DNA of 64,000 nt, from the NCBI RefSeq assembly GCF_009914755.1, contig NC_060943.1; one strand, 5' to 3'. Positions 1 to 21,981 of this stretch are shown piece by piece. Within the stretch, counting starts at the first letter, position 1. Each line of letters starts with the position of its first letter. The translations under genes and the position numbers were made by a program. The notes under the pieces were generated by a model. The model was not told the origin of the DNA. It worked only from the letters and a program-made list of their open reading frames with translations, and did no database searches. Source of the stretch: the human T2T-CHM13v2.0 reference genome, Homo sapiens.

Positions 1-298
<298 letters not shown>

Positions 299-333
299 TC
301 AGGGTCTTCCTTGCAAGATGAGCTTCTACTTAC

Positions 334-531
334 TCCACTTTCTGCAGATGACAGGTGCTACGGGTTACATGGTCACAAAGAATCCGCACAGAAGAGTCAC
401 TCAGGAAGCTTTGTTTCACTTCCAGAAACTTGAGGTTGCTGTTTGAGCTGAAGAGAGAGCAGAAATCTGTCCAGAGGCGAAGAGAGCGAAGATCCTGCCG
501 AGCCCAGTTCGGAATGGTTAGGTAAGTGCAC
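334..531 (-). CDS. NLRP7: NLRP7 exon 5 (198 nt, first LRR-region exon, contains R693)
   Basis: Acceptor ctcctgcag|G at 532/531 and donor GA|gtaagt at 334/333; encodes CTYLTIPNWARQDLRSLRLWTDFCSLFSSNSNLKFLEVKQSFLSDSSVRILCDHVTRSTCHLQKVE; codon 693 is CGG at 386-384. Confidence 0.95.
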
Positions 532-601
532 CTGCAGGAGAACACACGTTCATCTCTTAGGACTAGTACCTGCATGGTGAGATGGGCATCTGCAAACCAC
601 A

Positions 602-642
602 TTTCAATGGCAAAAACCACAATTACTTTTGCACCAACCTAA
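602..642. mobile_element. MADE1 (Hsmar1-derived MITE) half element
   Basis: aatggcaaaaaccacaattacttttgcaccaacctaa matches one arm of the MADE1 inverted repeat. Confidence 0.75.
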
Positions 643-828
643 AACAGTGTCTATAGTAAACAATATTGCATCACATACTTTGCTACCAGTATAGATCTTA
701 AGTTTTACAAAAAAAATAAAATAATAGATAAGGCTGAGTGAGGTGGCTCATGCCTGTAATCCCAACACTTTGCTAGGCCAAAGTGGGAAGATCACTTGAG
801 CCCAGGAGTTTAAGACCAACTTGGGCTA

Positions 829-1143
<315 letters not shown>

Positions 1144-1177
1144 CTAGTGGAGCGTGGGATGGGAAAACAGTTCTTAC

Positions 1178-2968
<1,791 letters not shown>

Positions 2969-3219
2969 TTACCTGGGGGTAGTGGCGGCCGCCTGTAATC
3001 CCGGCTACTCAGGAGGCTGAGGCAGAGAATTGCTTGAACCCGGGAGGCAGAGGTTGCAATGAGCAGAGACGGAGCCACTACACTCCAGCCTGGGCTACAG
3101 AGCAAGATTCCGTCTCAAAAAAAAAAAAACTACCAGAAATGAATAAAACCAGGAAGAAGTGATGCACCTTGCATGCTCTCAAACACCAAACTCATGACCA
3201 TAGGACCGTATTTACCCAC

Positions 3220-3294
3220 CTGGCTTTGCTAACTCCGAGTCTTCTTCTGCATCTCCCAGCTCAGGATTATCTATTTCTTGCACCTGTCCGTCCT
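3220..3294 (-). CDS. NLRP7: NLRP7 exon 3 (75 nt linker)
   Basis: ttttacag|AGGAC...AAGCCAG|gtgggt; symmetric phase-1 exon encoding EDGQVQEIDNPELGDAEEDSELAKP, keeps the frame between PYD and NACHT. Confidence 0.93.
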
Positions 3295-3722
3295 CTGTAA
3301 AATACTTAGATGTAAGCCTGACACAGTAATTTACACTTCGTAAATCAGACATTATTGTACATAAAGTGTCAGCCAGGCATGGTGGCTCATGCCTGTAATC
3401 ACAGCACTTTGGAAGGCTGAGGTGGGCGGATCACAAGGTCAGGAGATCAAGACCAGCCTGGCCAACATGGCAAAACCCCATCTCTACTAAAAATACAAAA
3501 AAAAAAAATTAGCCAGGTGTGGTGAAACACGCCTGTAATCCCAGCTACTCCGGAGGCTGAGATAGGAGAATCACTTGAACCCAGAGGCGGAGGTTGCAGT
3601 GAGCCCAGATCTCGCCACTGCACTCCAGCCTTACACTCCAGCCTGGGCGACAGAACGAGACTCCATCTCAAAAAAAAAAAAAAAAAAAAAAAAATGACCA
3701 GGACACCCCAGGTTCTACTTAC

Positions 3723-3999
3723 CCATCATCTCAGCCTTTGCCATCTTACACAATTCCGTGAGATTCATCTCTTCCAAGATGTTCACAGTCGCATTCCTTA
3801 TCCAATTTTCTGAGGAGGTGTTGACCAGAATTTCTGCCAGTTTCTTGCCATCAGCCTCTTCCACCTCAGACCATGGGGTCTTCTGTAGCACGTCTTCGAG
3901 GGGAAAAGCCCATAAAAGGGATTTGAAACTCTTTAATTCATCCTCGTTCAGCTGCTCCAGAAGGGTCTGCAGAGTCCACTCTAGCTGGGGCGATGTCAT
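3723..3999 (-). CDS. NLRP7: NLRP7 exon 2 coding part (pyrin domain); the exon starts at 4038
   Basis: ATG at 3999-3997, MTSPQLEWTLQTLLEQLNEDELKSFKSLL...KAEMM; donor G|gtaagt at 3723/3722; acceptor ttccccccag| at 4039/4038. Confidence 0.97.
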
Positions 4000-4353
4000 A
4001 GTGCTCCGAGTATGAGACCTTAGGTTAAGGCTGAAGAACTGGGGGGAAAAAAGAAAAAACAGTTCACGAGTTACCATCATTAAATGAAACCACAGTTTCC
4101 TGTGTGCCAAGAACAAGACTGTTCCTGCTGTACAGTGAGTGGTAAAATATTCCAAAGACTGAATTAAGAGACTGAAAATCTGGCCCAGCACGGTGGCTCA
4201 CGCCTGCGGCCAGGAGTTCGAGACCAGCCTGGCTAACTTGGTAAAAAGAACGAACAAAAGGCTGGGCACGGTGGCTCACGCCTGTAATCCCAGCACTTTG
4301 GGAGGCCGAGGCGGATGGATCACGATATCAGGAGATCGAGACCATCCTGGCTA

Positions 4354-4584
<231 letters not shown>

Positions 4585-5086
4585 TCAGTGGTATGCTAGG
4601 GCCAGCCCGTGCTGCCTAATGGGGGCTTCCTATATGTACCTATACCAACGTCCATGGGCTGTGATTTCACACTGATAGTACAAAATCACAAGGGGAGTGT
4701 TTATGCCACAGAAATCAGCAAACACGGCAGGGCGCGGTGGCTCACGCCTGTAATCCCAGCACTTTGGGAGGCCAAGGCGGGTGGATAACCTGAGGTCGGG
4801 AGCTCAAGACCAGCCTGACCAACACGGCGAAACCCCATCTCTACTAAAAATACAGAAATTAGCCAGGCGTGGTGGCGGGTGCCTGTAATCCCAGCTACTC
4901 AGGAGGCCGAGACAGGAGAATCACACTTGAACCTGGGAGGTGGAGGTTGCATGATCTGAGATCACGCCATTGCACTCGAGCCTCGGCAACAAGAACAAGA
5001 CTCTGTCTCAAACAAACAAAAAAACAAATCAGCAAACACTACAAACCAAGACTTCCTCGCCACCAACCCTCAGAGCCACTTGTTTA

Positions 5087-5439
<353 letters not shown>

Positions 5440-5708
5440 TCAAAAAAAAAAAAACTTAGCCAGGCCTGGTGGAACATACCCGTAGTCCCAGATACTTGGG
5501 AGGCTGACACAGGAGGATTGTTTGAGCCTACGATTTGGAGGTTGCAGTGAGCCAGCCACTGCACGCCAGCCTGGGTGACAGAGTGAGGCCCTGTCTCAAA
5601 AGTAAGTAACTAATGGCCGGGTGCAGTGGCTCACGCCTGTAATCCCAGCACTTTGGGAGGCCGAGGCAGGCGGATCACGAGGTCAGGAGATCGAGACCAT
5701 CCTGGCTA

Positions 5709-6959
<1,251 letters not shown>

Positions 6960-7315
6960 GTGAGGTATAATTACATATATCCTATTTTAGGATGGAGCAG
7001 GAAGAGCATGAGAGCCCAGGAGTTCCAGACCAGCCTGGGCGACACAAGGAGACCTTGTCTCTATTTTTTAAGTATTTTTAAAGTAATATATACAACGTTT
7101 ACTTGTCAAAGTGTACAGCATGGAGCGATGTTATATATACAGTGAAATGATTACCACAATCCAGCTAATTAACATATCCACTGCTTCATATAGTTGCCTT
7201 TCGTTTTTGCAGTGACAACGCTTGATGTACTTAGAAAAATTCAGGGTTTTTTGGCCAGGCACGGTGGCTCACGCCTGTAATCCCAGCACTATGGGAGGCC
7301 GAGGCGGGCAGATCA

Positions 7316-8322
<1,007 letters not shown>

Positions 8323-8349
8323 TGATCCGCCCGCCTCGGCCTCCCATAG

Positions 8350-8684
<335 letters not shown>

Positions 8685-8890
8685 TAGTAGAGATGGGGTT
8701 TCTCCATGTTGGTCAGGCTGGTCTCAAACTCCCGGCCTCAGGTGATCTGAAAGTGCTGGGATTACAGGCGTGAGCCACCGCGCCCAGCCTACTTTTTTTT
8801 TTTTTTTAAACAGGGTCTTCATCTCATCCAGGCTGGAGTGCAGTGGCTCAATCACACCTCATTGCAGCCCCCACCTCCTGGCTCAGGTGA

Positions 8891-9248
<358 letters not shown>

Positions 9249-9764
9249 TAATGACAGAGTTTTACCATGTTGCCCAGGCTAGTCTCAATCTCCTGAACTC
9301 CTCTAAACTATATTTGAATAGAAGTCCTTAAGACATTAGGCCAGGCGTGGTGGCTCACACCTGGAATCCCAGCACTTTGGGAGGCCGAGGCAGACAGATT
9401 ACCTAAAGTCAGGAGTTCAAGACCAGCCTGGCCAACATGGTGAGACCCCGTCTCTACTAAAAATACAAAAATTAGCTGGGCGTGGTGGCACGTGCCTGTA
9501 GTCCCAGCTACTCAGGAGGCTGAGGCAGGAGAATGGCGGGTGAACCCAGGAGGCGGAGTTTGCAGCGAACCAAGATCACGCCACTGCACTCCAGCCTGGG
9601 AGACAGAGGGAGACTCCGTCTCAAAAAAAAAAAAATCAAAGATCCTTCCAGCATCCTCGCACCAACCATTAAGGCTTGGGAAGGGCTATGGTGGAAACTC
9701 AACCAATAGCTTCTTCTCCCTTAAACGAGAAGACAAAGAAATCGATGCAAGAACCAGCACTCAC

Positions 9765-9801
9765 CTCCCTCAGGTCAGGTCTTGCTTCCAGCCTGTGTTT
9801 C
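9765..9801 (-). other. NLRP7: NLRP7 non-coding exon 1
   Basis: Non-repeat island between Alus; strong donor GAG|gtgagt at 9765/9764; sequence gaaacacaggctggaagcaagacctgacctgagggag; 5' boundary uncertain. Confidence 0.75.
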
Positions 9802-10130
9802 CTGCAAAGGAAACGGATAAAAAGGGGAGGTCTCTGGCCCTTGGTACGCTAGGTGGAGAGACAGCTTTCCCGCCCAGGGTGGAACCGCCCCACTGAGATT
9901 AACATTGGGTGGCTCCCAACCACTGACCTCAGGCTCACCTTGACATCACCTGGGCCCCATCCTCAGGGATTTGGCTGTAATTGGGCTTCAGTGGGCTTTG
10001 GAGAATTACGGCTTGCTGAATCTCCCCAGGTGAGATTAATGTGCAATTCCCTTCCTAGACCACCCGGGCCAGGTGTGATAGGCGACAGAACAGGAAATAC
10101 ACATTTTGGGTTTTGCAGGGTACCTGGCTC
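9802..10130 (-). promoter_or_regulatory. Putative NLRP7 proximal promoter
   Basis: Unique sequence just upstream of exon 1 with minus-strand CCAAT (attgg at 9904 and 9980), E-boxes (9947, 10027, 10070) and TAATTG (9978). Confidence 0.55.
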
Positions 10131-11287
10131 CCAGCTTTAAAAACTCTTGTAGAGAAAAAAAATTAAACAAAAATAAATAAAAATTAAAAAAAAAGAGGAC
10201 AAAAACTCCCGTGACTTCCTAAGTTACAAATACAATAAGTCTACTTTGTGGCCAACTGTGGTGCCTCCTGCCTATAAATCCCAGCAGGCTGAGAGGCCTA
10301 GGCCAGTGGATCCCTAGGGGCCAGGAGTTTGATACCAGCCTAGGCAACATAGCAAGATGCCATCTCTTCAAAAATATTTAATAATTAGCCATGCATAGGC
10401 TGGGCGTGGTAGCTCATGCCTGTAGTCCCAGCAATTTGGGAGGCCGAGGCGGGTGGATCACCTGAGGTCAGGAGTTGGAGACCAGACTGGCCAACGTGGT
10501 GAAACTCTGTCTCTACTAAACATACAAAAAATTAGCCAGGTGTGGTGGCAGGTGCCTGTAATCCCAGCTACTCGGGAGGCTGAGACAGGACAATCACTTG
10601 AACTAGGGAGGTGGAGGGTGAGTGAGGCACGATCACGCCATTGCACTCCAGCCTGGGTGACAAGAGCAAGACTGTCTCAAAAACAAAAACAAAAAAATTA
10701 GCCATACATGATGGGCTGCACCTGTAATCCCAGCTATTCAGGAGGCTGAGGTGGGAGGATCACCTGAGCTCAGGAGTTTGAGGCTGCAGTGAGCTGTGAC
10801 TGGCCATCTCACTCCAGCCTAGGCCACAGAGTGAGACCCAGTCTCAAAAAAATAAATAGATAACTGATATTTAATTTTTTTTTTTGGATGGAGTCTTGCT
10901 CTGTGGCCCAGGCTGGAGTGCAGTGGTGCAATCTCCGTTCTTGCAACCTCTGCCTTCCAGGTTCAAGCAATTCTGATGCCTCAGCTTCCCAAGTAGCTGG
11001 GACTGCAGGCACATGCCACCATGCCCAACTAATTTTTTGTATTTTTAGTAGAGACAGGGTTTCACCATATTGGTCAGGCTGGTCTCAAACTCCTGATGTC
11101 AGGTGATTACAGGCATGAGCCACCGCACCTGGCCTAAAATTGTTTTTAAATAAAACAGTGTATGTTGTGGAAAGCATTCAGCACAGAATTTTGGTAGTTT
11201 AAACTGTTAATTTAATGGAAGCAAATGGTCCCACAAATGAAGATGTATATATCAGTTGCAGCATGCCATCTATAGAAATAGGCACTA

Positions 11288-11407
<120 letters not shown>

Positions 11408-11571
11408 CTACTAAAAATAAAGAATTAGCCAGGCATGGTGGTGTGCACCTGTAATCCCAGCTACTCAGGAGGCTGAGGCGTAAGAATTGATTGAACCTGG
11501 GAGTTGGAGGTTGCCGTGAGCCGAGATTGCACCACTGCGCTCCAGCCTGGGCGACAGAGACTCCATCTTTA

Positions 11572-11781
<210 letters not shown>

Positions 11782-11789
11782 TTAAAACA

Positions 11790-12580
11790 TTTGGCCTTTA
11801 GTCCTAGAGCAGCTATGGAGAGATAAACATGAAAGAGGTATCTCTTGTTATACATACCCAGGCCCTGCAACCACACCTGAGTTTATGTAAATGAGGTGAC
11901 TTTTGGAAAGCCCCTAGATAACCCCACAAGTGCGAGGGACTGGCTGCCAAAGAAACCATCAGTGATTAGACATTGGGAACTTTCAGCCCCAGGCTCCAAG
12001 TGGCCTCCAGGGAGGGGAGAGGGGCTGAAGGTTGAATTGATTATGAACTGCCAGCTATGTGATCAGCATTGCCCACCTAAGGAATCCTCCATAAACCCCA
12101 AAAGAAAAGGGTTTGGGCCGGGCGTCCTGTGGCTCATGCCCGTAATCCCAACGCTTTGGGAGGCCTAGATGGGAGGATTGCTTGAGCCCAAGAATTCTAG
12201 GCCAGTCTGGACAAAATAGCAAGACCCTGGCTCTACAAAAAATAAAAAATTAGCCAGGCGTGGTGGAGTGCACCTGTAGACCCAGCTACTCAGGAGGCTG
12301 AGGCATGAGAATCACTTGAACGCAGGAGGCAGAGGCTGCAGTGAGCTGAGATAGCGCCACTGCACTCCAGCCTGGGTGACGGAGTTAGACTGTCTCAAAA
12401 AAAAAAAAAACCAGGAAAGAGTTCAGAAGAGCTTCCTGGTTGGTGAACCCGGGTGCATTCGTGTGCCAGGACTGTGGTGCACCCCAGGTCCACAGGGACA
12501 GAAGCTCCTGCACTTCGGACTCCTCTAAACCTCCCCCTACGCATCTCTTCCTTGGCTGTTCATTTGTATCCTTTAAAATA
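11790..12580 (+). mobile_element. MER21-like LTR, 5' part (interrupted by an Alu and the LTR5)
   Basis: accacacctgagtttatg...gaggtgac and cagaagctcctgcac...ctcttccttggctgttcatttgtatcctttaaaata resemble the MER21 consensus. Confidence 0.6.
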
Positions 12581-13546
12581 TGAAAGGGCGGGTTGCCCCT
12601 CCACACCTGTGGGCATTTCTCGTTAGGTGGAAGGAGAGACTTGGAAAAGAAAGAGACACAGACAAAGTATAGAGAAAGAAATAAGGGGACCCAGGGGACC
12701 AGCATTCAGCATATGGAGGATCCCGCCAGCTTCTGAGTTCCCTTAGTATTTATTGATCATTTTGGGGTGTTTCTCAGAGAGGGGGATGTGGCAGGGTCAT
12801 AGGATAATAGTGGAGGGAAGGTCAGCAGATAAACACGTTAACAAAGGTCTCTGCATCATAGACAAGGTAAAGAACTAAGTGCTGTGCTTTAGATATGCAT
12901 ACACATAAACATCTCAATGCCTTACGGAGCAGTATTGCTGCCCGCATGTCCCACCTCCAGCCCTAAGGCGGTTTTCCCCTATCTCAGTAGATGGAACATA
13001 CAATCAGGTTTTACACCGAGACATTCCATTGCCCAGGGACGGGCAGGAGACAGATGCCTTCCTCTTGTCTCAACAGCAAAGAGGTGTTCCTTCCTCTTTT
13101 ACTAATCCGCCTCAGCACAGACCCTTTACTGGTGTCGGGCTGAGGGACGGTCAGGTCTTTCCCTTCCCATGAGACCATATTTCAGGCTATCACATGGGGA
13201 GAAACCCTGGACAATACCTGGCTTTCCTAGGCAGAGGTCCCTGCGGCCTTCCGCAGTGTTTGTGTCCCTGGGTACTTGAGATTAGGGAGTGGTGATGACT
13301 CTTAAGGAGCATGCTGCCTTCAAGCATTTGTTTAACAAAGCACATCTTGCACAGCCCTTAATCCATTTAACCCTGAGTGGACACAGCACATGTTTCAGAG
13401 AGCACAGGGTTGGGGGTAAGGTCATAGATTAACAGCATCTCAAGGCAGAAGAATTTGTCTTAGTACAGAACAAAATGAAGTCTCCTGTGTCTACTTCTTT
13501 CTACACAGACACAGTTACAATCTGATCTCTCTTTCTTTTCCCCACA
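12581..13546 (-). mobile_element. HERV-K(HML-2) solo LTR (LTR5_Hs/LTR5B-like), about 2.8 kb upstream of NLRP7 exon 1, same sense as NLRP7
   Basis: Reverse strand starts tgtggggaaaagaaagagagatcagattgt and ends ggggcaacccgccctttca; 966 bp; perfect 6-bp TSD aaaata at 12575-12580 and 13547-13552. Confidence 0.93.
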
Positions 13547-14046
13547 AAAATATCCTTTGTAGACCAGGCACAGTGGCTCAGGCCTGTAATCCCAGCACTT
13601 TGGGAGGCTGAGGCAGATGGATCACTTAAGGTCAGGAGTTTGAGACCAGCCCAGCCAGCATGGTGAAACTGCGTCTCTACAAAAATACAAAAATTAGCGG
13701 GGCATGGTAGTTCAACGCCTGTAATCCCAGCTACTCGAGAGGCTGAGGCAGAATTGTTTGAACCCGGGAGGCAGAGGCAGAGGTTGCAGTGAGCCGAGGT
13801 CGCACGACTGCACTCCAGCCTGGGTGCAACAGAGTGAGACTCCATCTCAAAAAACAAAAAACAAAAACAAAAACAAAACAAAAAATGAAAACCCACTTTT
13901 AGTAAAAAAAAATAAAAATGAAAAAATGTGAATCAGGCTGCACTCTGGCCCACATCCTGGCTGCTGTGTATCACGTGGCTCTAGACACTGCACTTTTGCC
14001 TCCTCATCATTGCTGTAGATAGGATTTCTGACAGCAGGGTCATTAG

Positions 14047-14286
<240 letters not shown>

Positions 14287-14354
14287 TGATCCTCCCGCCT
14301 AGGCCTCCCAAAGTGCTGGGATTACAGGCGTGAGCCACCGCGCCCGGCCCCATT

Positions 14355-15050
<696 letters not shown>

Positions 15051-15470
15051 TGTCAGAGGCGTGTAACCAGGGCAACTCCATCTTGAATAGGAGCTGACTA
15101 AAATAAGGCTGAGACCTACCGGGCTGCATTCCCAGACAGTTAAGGCATTCTCCAAAAAAAACAAAAATGACAGGCACGGTGGCCCAGCACTTTGGGAGGC
15201 CGAGGCGGGTGGATTACCCGAAGTAGAGTTTGAGACCAGCCTGGCCAACACGGTGAAACCCCGTCTCTACTGAAAATACAAAAATTAGTCAGGCGTGGTG
15301 GCTCGTGCCTGTAATCCCACCTACTTGCGAGGCTGAGGCAGGAGAATCGCTTGAGCCGGGGAGGCGGAGGTTGCAGTAAAAAGAAAAAAAAAAGCATTCT
15401 AAGTCACAGGATGAGATAAGTCAGCACAAGATACAGGTCATAAGGACCTTGCTGATAACACAGGTCGCAA

Positions 15471-15999
15471 TGTAGCAGGACCAGCCACAGACAAAACTCC
15501 TCAGACACCGAGTTAAAGAAGAAAGGGGTTTATCCGGCCAGGGGCATCGGCAAGACTCCCGTCTCAAGAGCCGAGATCCCCAAGTGAGCAATTCCTGTCC
15601 CTTTTAAGGGCTCACAACTCTAAGGGGGTGTGCGTGAGAGGGTCGTGATCGACTGAGCAAGCAGGGGGTACGTGACTGGGGGCTGCATGCACTGGTAATC
15701 AGATCCAAACAAAACAGGATAGGGATTTTCACAGTGCTTTTCTATACAATGTCTGTAATCTATAGATAACCGATTAGGTCAGGGGTCAATCTTTAACTAC
15801 CAGGCCCAGGGTGTGGCGCCGGGCTGTCTGCTTGTGGATTTCATTCCTGGGCCGCGGGGCTGTCTGCTTGTGGATTTCATTCCTGGGGCGCGGGGCTGTC
15901 TGCTTGTGGATTTCATTTCTGCCTTTTAGTTTTTACTTTTTCTTTCTTTGGAGGTGGAAATTGGGCATAAGACAATATGAGGGGTGGTCTCCTCCCTTA
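15471..15999 (-). mobile_element. HERV-E LTR2-type solo LTR
   Basis: Reverse strand taagggaggagaccacccctcatattgtc ... gtcctgctaca; 4-bp TSD gcaa at 15467-15470 and 16000-16003. Confidence 0.82.
15821..15917. repeat. 36-bp tandem repeat (about 2.7 copies) inside the LTR2
   Basis: gggctgtctgcttgtggatttcatt starts at 15821, 15857 and 15893. Confidence 0.95.
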
Positions 16000-16112
16000 G
16001 CAATAAAGAATCCAGCCAGGCCGGGCGCGGTGGCTCACACCTGTAATCCCAGCACTTTCGGGGGCTGAGGCGGGTGGATCACACGGTCAGGAGATTGAGA
16101 CCATCCTGGCTA

Positions 16113-16394
<282 letters not shown>

Positions 16395-16661
16395 TCACCG
16401 CTCCACTCCCAGCAGCCCCATGACAGTTTACAAATGCCATGGCAATGTCAGGAAGTTACCCTATGCTGTCTAAAAAGGGGAGGCATGAATAATCCACCCC
16501 TTGTTTAGCATATCCATAGAAATAACCATAAAAATGGGCAACCGGCCGGGCGCGGTGGTCACGCCTGTAATCCCAGCACTTTGGGAGGCCGAGGCGGGTG
16601 GATCATGAGGTCAGGAGATTGAGACCATCCTGGCTAACACGGTGAAATCCCATCTCTACTA

Positions 16662-16922
<261 letters not shown>

Positions 16923-17164
16923 TCACCTGAGCTCAGGAGGTCAAGATCAGCCTGGCCAACATGGTGAAACCCCATCTCTTACTAAAAATACAAAAATTAG
17001 CCAGACGTGATGGCAGGCACCTGTAATCCCAGCTACTCAGGAGGCTGAGGCAGGAGAATCACTTGAACTGAAGTGATTCAAGGCAGAGGTTTCAGTGAGC
17101 CAAGATCACGCCACTGCACTCCAGCCTGGGCGACAAGAGCAAAACTCCATCTCAAAAAAAATAA

Positions 17165-17410
<246 letters not shown>

Positions 17411-17522
17411 TGAGGTCCGAAGTTTGAGACCAGCCTGACCAACATGGAGAAACCCCGTCTCTACTAAAATACAAAAAAATTAGCTGGGTGTGGTGGTGCG
17501 TGCCTGTAATCCCAGCTACTCA

Positions 17523-18214
<692 letters not shown>

Positions 18215-18430
18215 CTAGATGACAGGACTGCACTCCAGCCTGGATGACAGAGCAAGACTGTGTCTCAAAAATAAATAAATAAATAAATAAATAGCCAACT
18301 GTGATCGTGCATGCCTGTAGTCCCAGCTACTCAGGAGGCCAAGGCAGGAGGATCACTTGAGACTGGGAGGTCATGGCTACAGTGAGCCATGATCTCGCAA
18401 CTGCACTCCAGCCTGGGCAACAGAGGGAGA

Positions 18431-18517
18431 GAAAGGAAGGAAGGAGGGAAGGAGGGAAGGAGGGAAGGGAAGGAGGGAAAGGAAGTCAGTCTTGTGGGAC
18501 AAGGAAGGAAGGAAGGA
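18431..18517. repeat. (GGAA/GGGA)n purine-rich simple repeat
   Basis: gaaaggaaggaaggagggaaggagggaagg... at an Alu tail. Confidence 0.85.
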
Positions 18518-18700
18518 AGTCAGTCAGTCTTGTGGGACCCAGCCCTGAACCTTTGGGATCTGATGCTGTCCCCAGGTAGGGAGTGTCAGAACTAAATCAA
18601 AGGAGAGGACACCCAGCTGGTCTCTGCTGGAGAACTGGTTGTTGGTGGGGAGAAACATACATTTTTGGTGAAGTATTCTGTGTTGAGTGTGAAAGTAGGA
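18518..18700 (+). mobile_element. MER21-like LTR, 3' part
   Basis: gtcttgtgggac...gggatctgatgct...ccaggtag...gtgtcagaa...ggacacccagctgg resembles the MER21 3' region. Confidence 0.55.
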
Positions 18701-18828
18701 AAAACAGGACTGGGTATGGTGGTTCATGCCTGTCATTCCAGGATTTTGGGAGGCCAAGGCAGGCGGATCACTTGAGGTCAGGACTTTGAGACCACCCTGG
18801 TGAACATGGCAAAACCCCATCTCTACTA

Positions 18829-19023
<195 letters not shown>

Positions 19024-19170
19024 TCACGCCTATAATATCAGCACTTTGGGAGGCCGAGGCAGGTGGATCACTGACACCCAACACCACGCCTTCTAATTTT
19101 TTGCATTTTTAGTAGAAACGGGGTTTCACCATGTTGGCCAGGCTTGTCTCGAACTCCTGTCCTCTGGTGA

Positions 19171-19485
<315 letters not shown>

Positions 19486-19605
19486 TAATTTTTGTATTTT
19501 TAGTGGAGACTGGGTTTCACCCTGTTGTCCAGGCTAGTCTCAAACTCCCGACGTCAGGTGATCCACCCATTTCGGTTCCCAAAGTGTTGAGATTACAGAC
19601 CGTGA

Positions 19606-19976
<371 letters not shown>

Positions 19977-20779
19977 TAGATGAGCTTCAATCATCTGGCC
20001 CTTCCTCCAGTCTCACATTTTTGTGGGACTCCTGTGCATACATAATTGAATCTGGTTTTTCTTCTGTCAAACTGTTTTGTGTCAATGTAATTCATAGCCC
20101 ATCCAAAGAACCTAGGAGGGTGGAGGGAATCCATTTTCTCTCCTCCACACTGGAGGGCCATGGAGCCCAAGAGTTCAAGACTGGCCCGGTGTACAAAGTG
20201 AGACCCAGTCTCTATTTAAAAAAGATGGGGAGGGGGCCGGGCACGGTGTCTCACGCCTGTAATTCCAGCACTTTGGGAGGCCCAGGTGGGTGGATCACCT
20301 GAGGTCAGGAGTCCGAGACTAGCCTGGCCAAGGTGGTGAGACCGTGTCTTTACTAAAAATACAAAATTAGCTTGGTATGGTGGCAGGAGCCTGTAATCCC
20401 AGCTACTTGGAAGGCTAGGGCAGGAGAATCGCTTGGTTTGGGATTTTCTCCCTGAGGCACTTGCTATCTCCAGGATTATGGGTCTCAGGTGAAAGAAAGA
20501 CAAAGAAGGAGAGAGAGACAGAGAGGGACAGGGAAAGAGAATTTCAGACTTATCTAACATTGACACTTAGGAGAAGTAGGGAGAAAGAGGTGGGAAAATA
20601 AAGTGGCTAGGTAAAAATGAACATGTCAGTAACAATAATAGCATTAACAATAACTAGTATTGCCGGGTGCAGTGGCTCACGCCTCTAATCCCAGCACTTT
20701 GGGACGCCGAGGTGGGCGAATCACAAGGTCAGGAGTTCAAGACCAGCCTGGCCAACATGGTGAAACCCTGTCTCTACTA

Positions 20780-21814
<1,035 letters not shown>

Positions 21815-21945
21815 CCAGCACTTTGGGAGGCTGAGGCAGGTGGATCACAAGGTCAGAGTGGATAGCACTTTGGGAGGTTGAGGTGGGAGGATCCCTTGAG
21901 CCCAGGAGCTCAAGTCCAGCCTGGGCAACATAGCAAGACCCCCAT

Positions 21946-21981
21946 TTCCAATTTTAGTGTATGTGCTGCCAAAGCAAATAC
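21946..21981 (-). pseudogene. U6 snRNA 5' fragment (3'-truncated retrocopy)
   Basis: Reverse complement gtatttgctttggcagcacatacactaaaattggaa versus U6 gtgctcgcttcggcagcacatatactaaaattggaa. Confidence 0.8.

Noticed and set aside
15811-16068. Repeat peptide (AVCLWISFLGRG)n or a CRISPR-like array
   Set aside because: Simple 36-bp tandem repeat in an LTR with no unique spacers; eukaryotic DNA
16471-16495. MER41 as an interferon-gamma/STAT1 enhancer (as at AIM2)
   Set aside because: Reads aaaaaggggagg|catgaataatcc, lacking the tandem GAS segment of MER41B; this is the MER41A-type deletion
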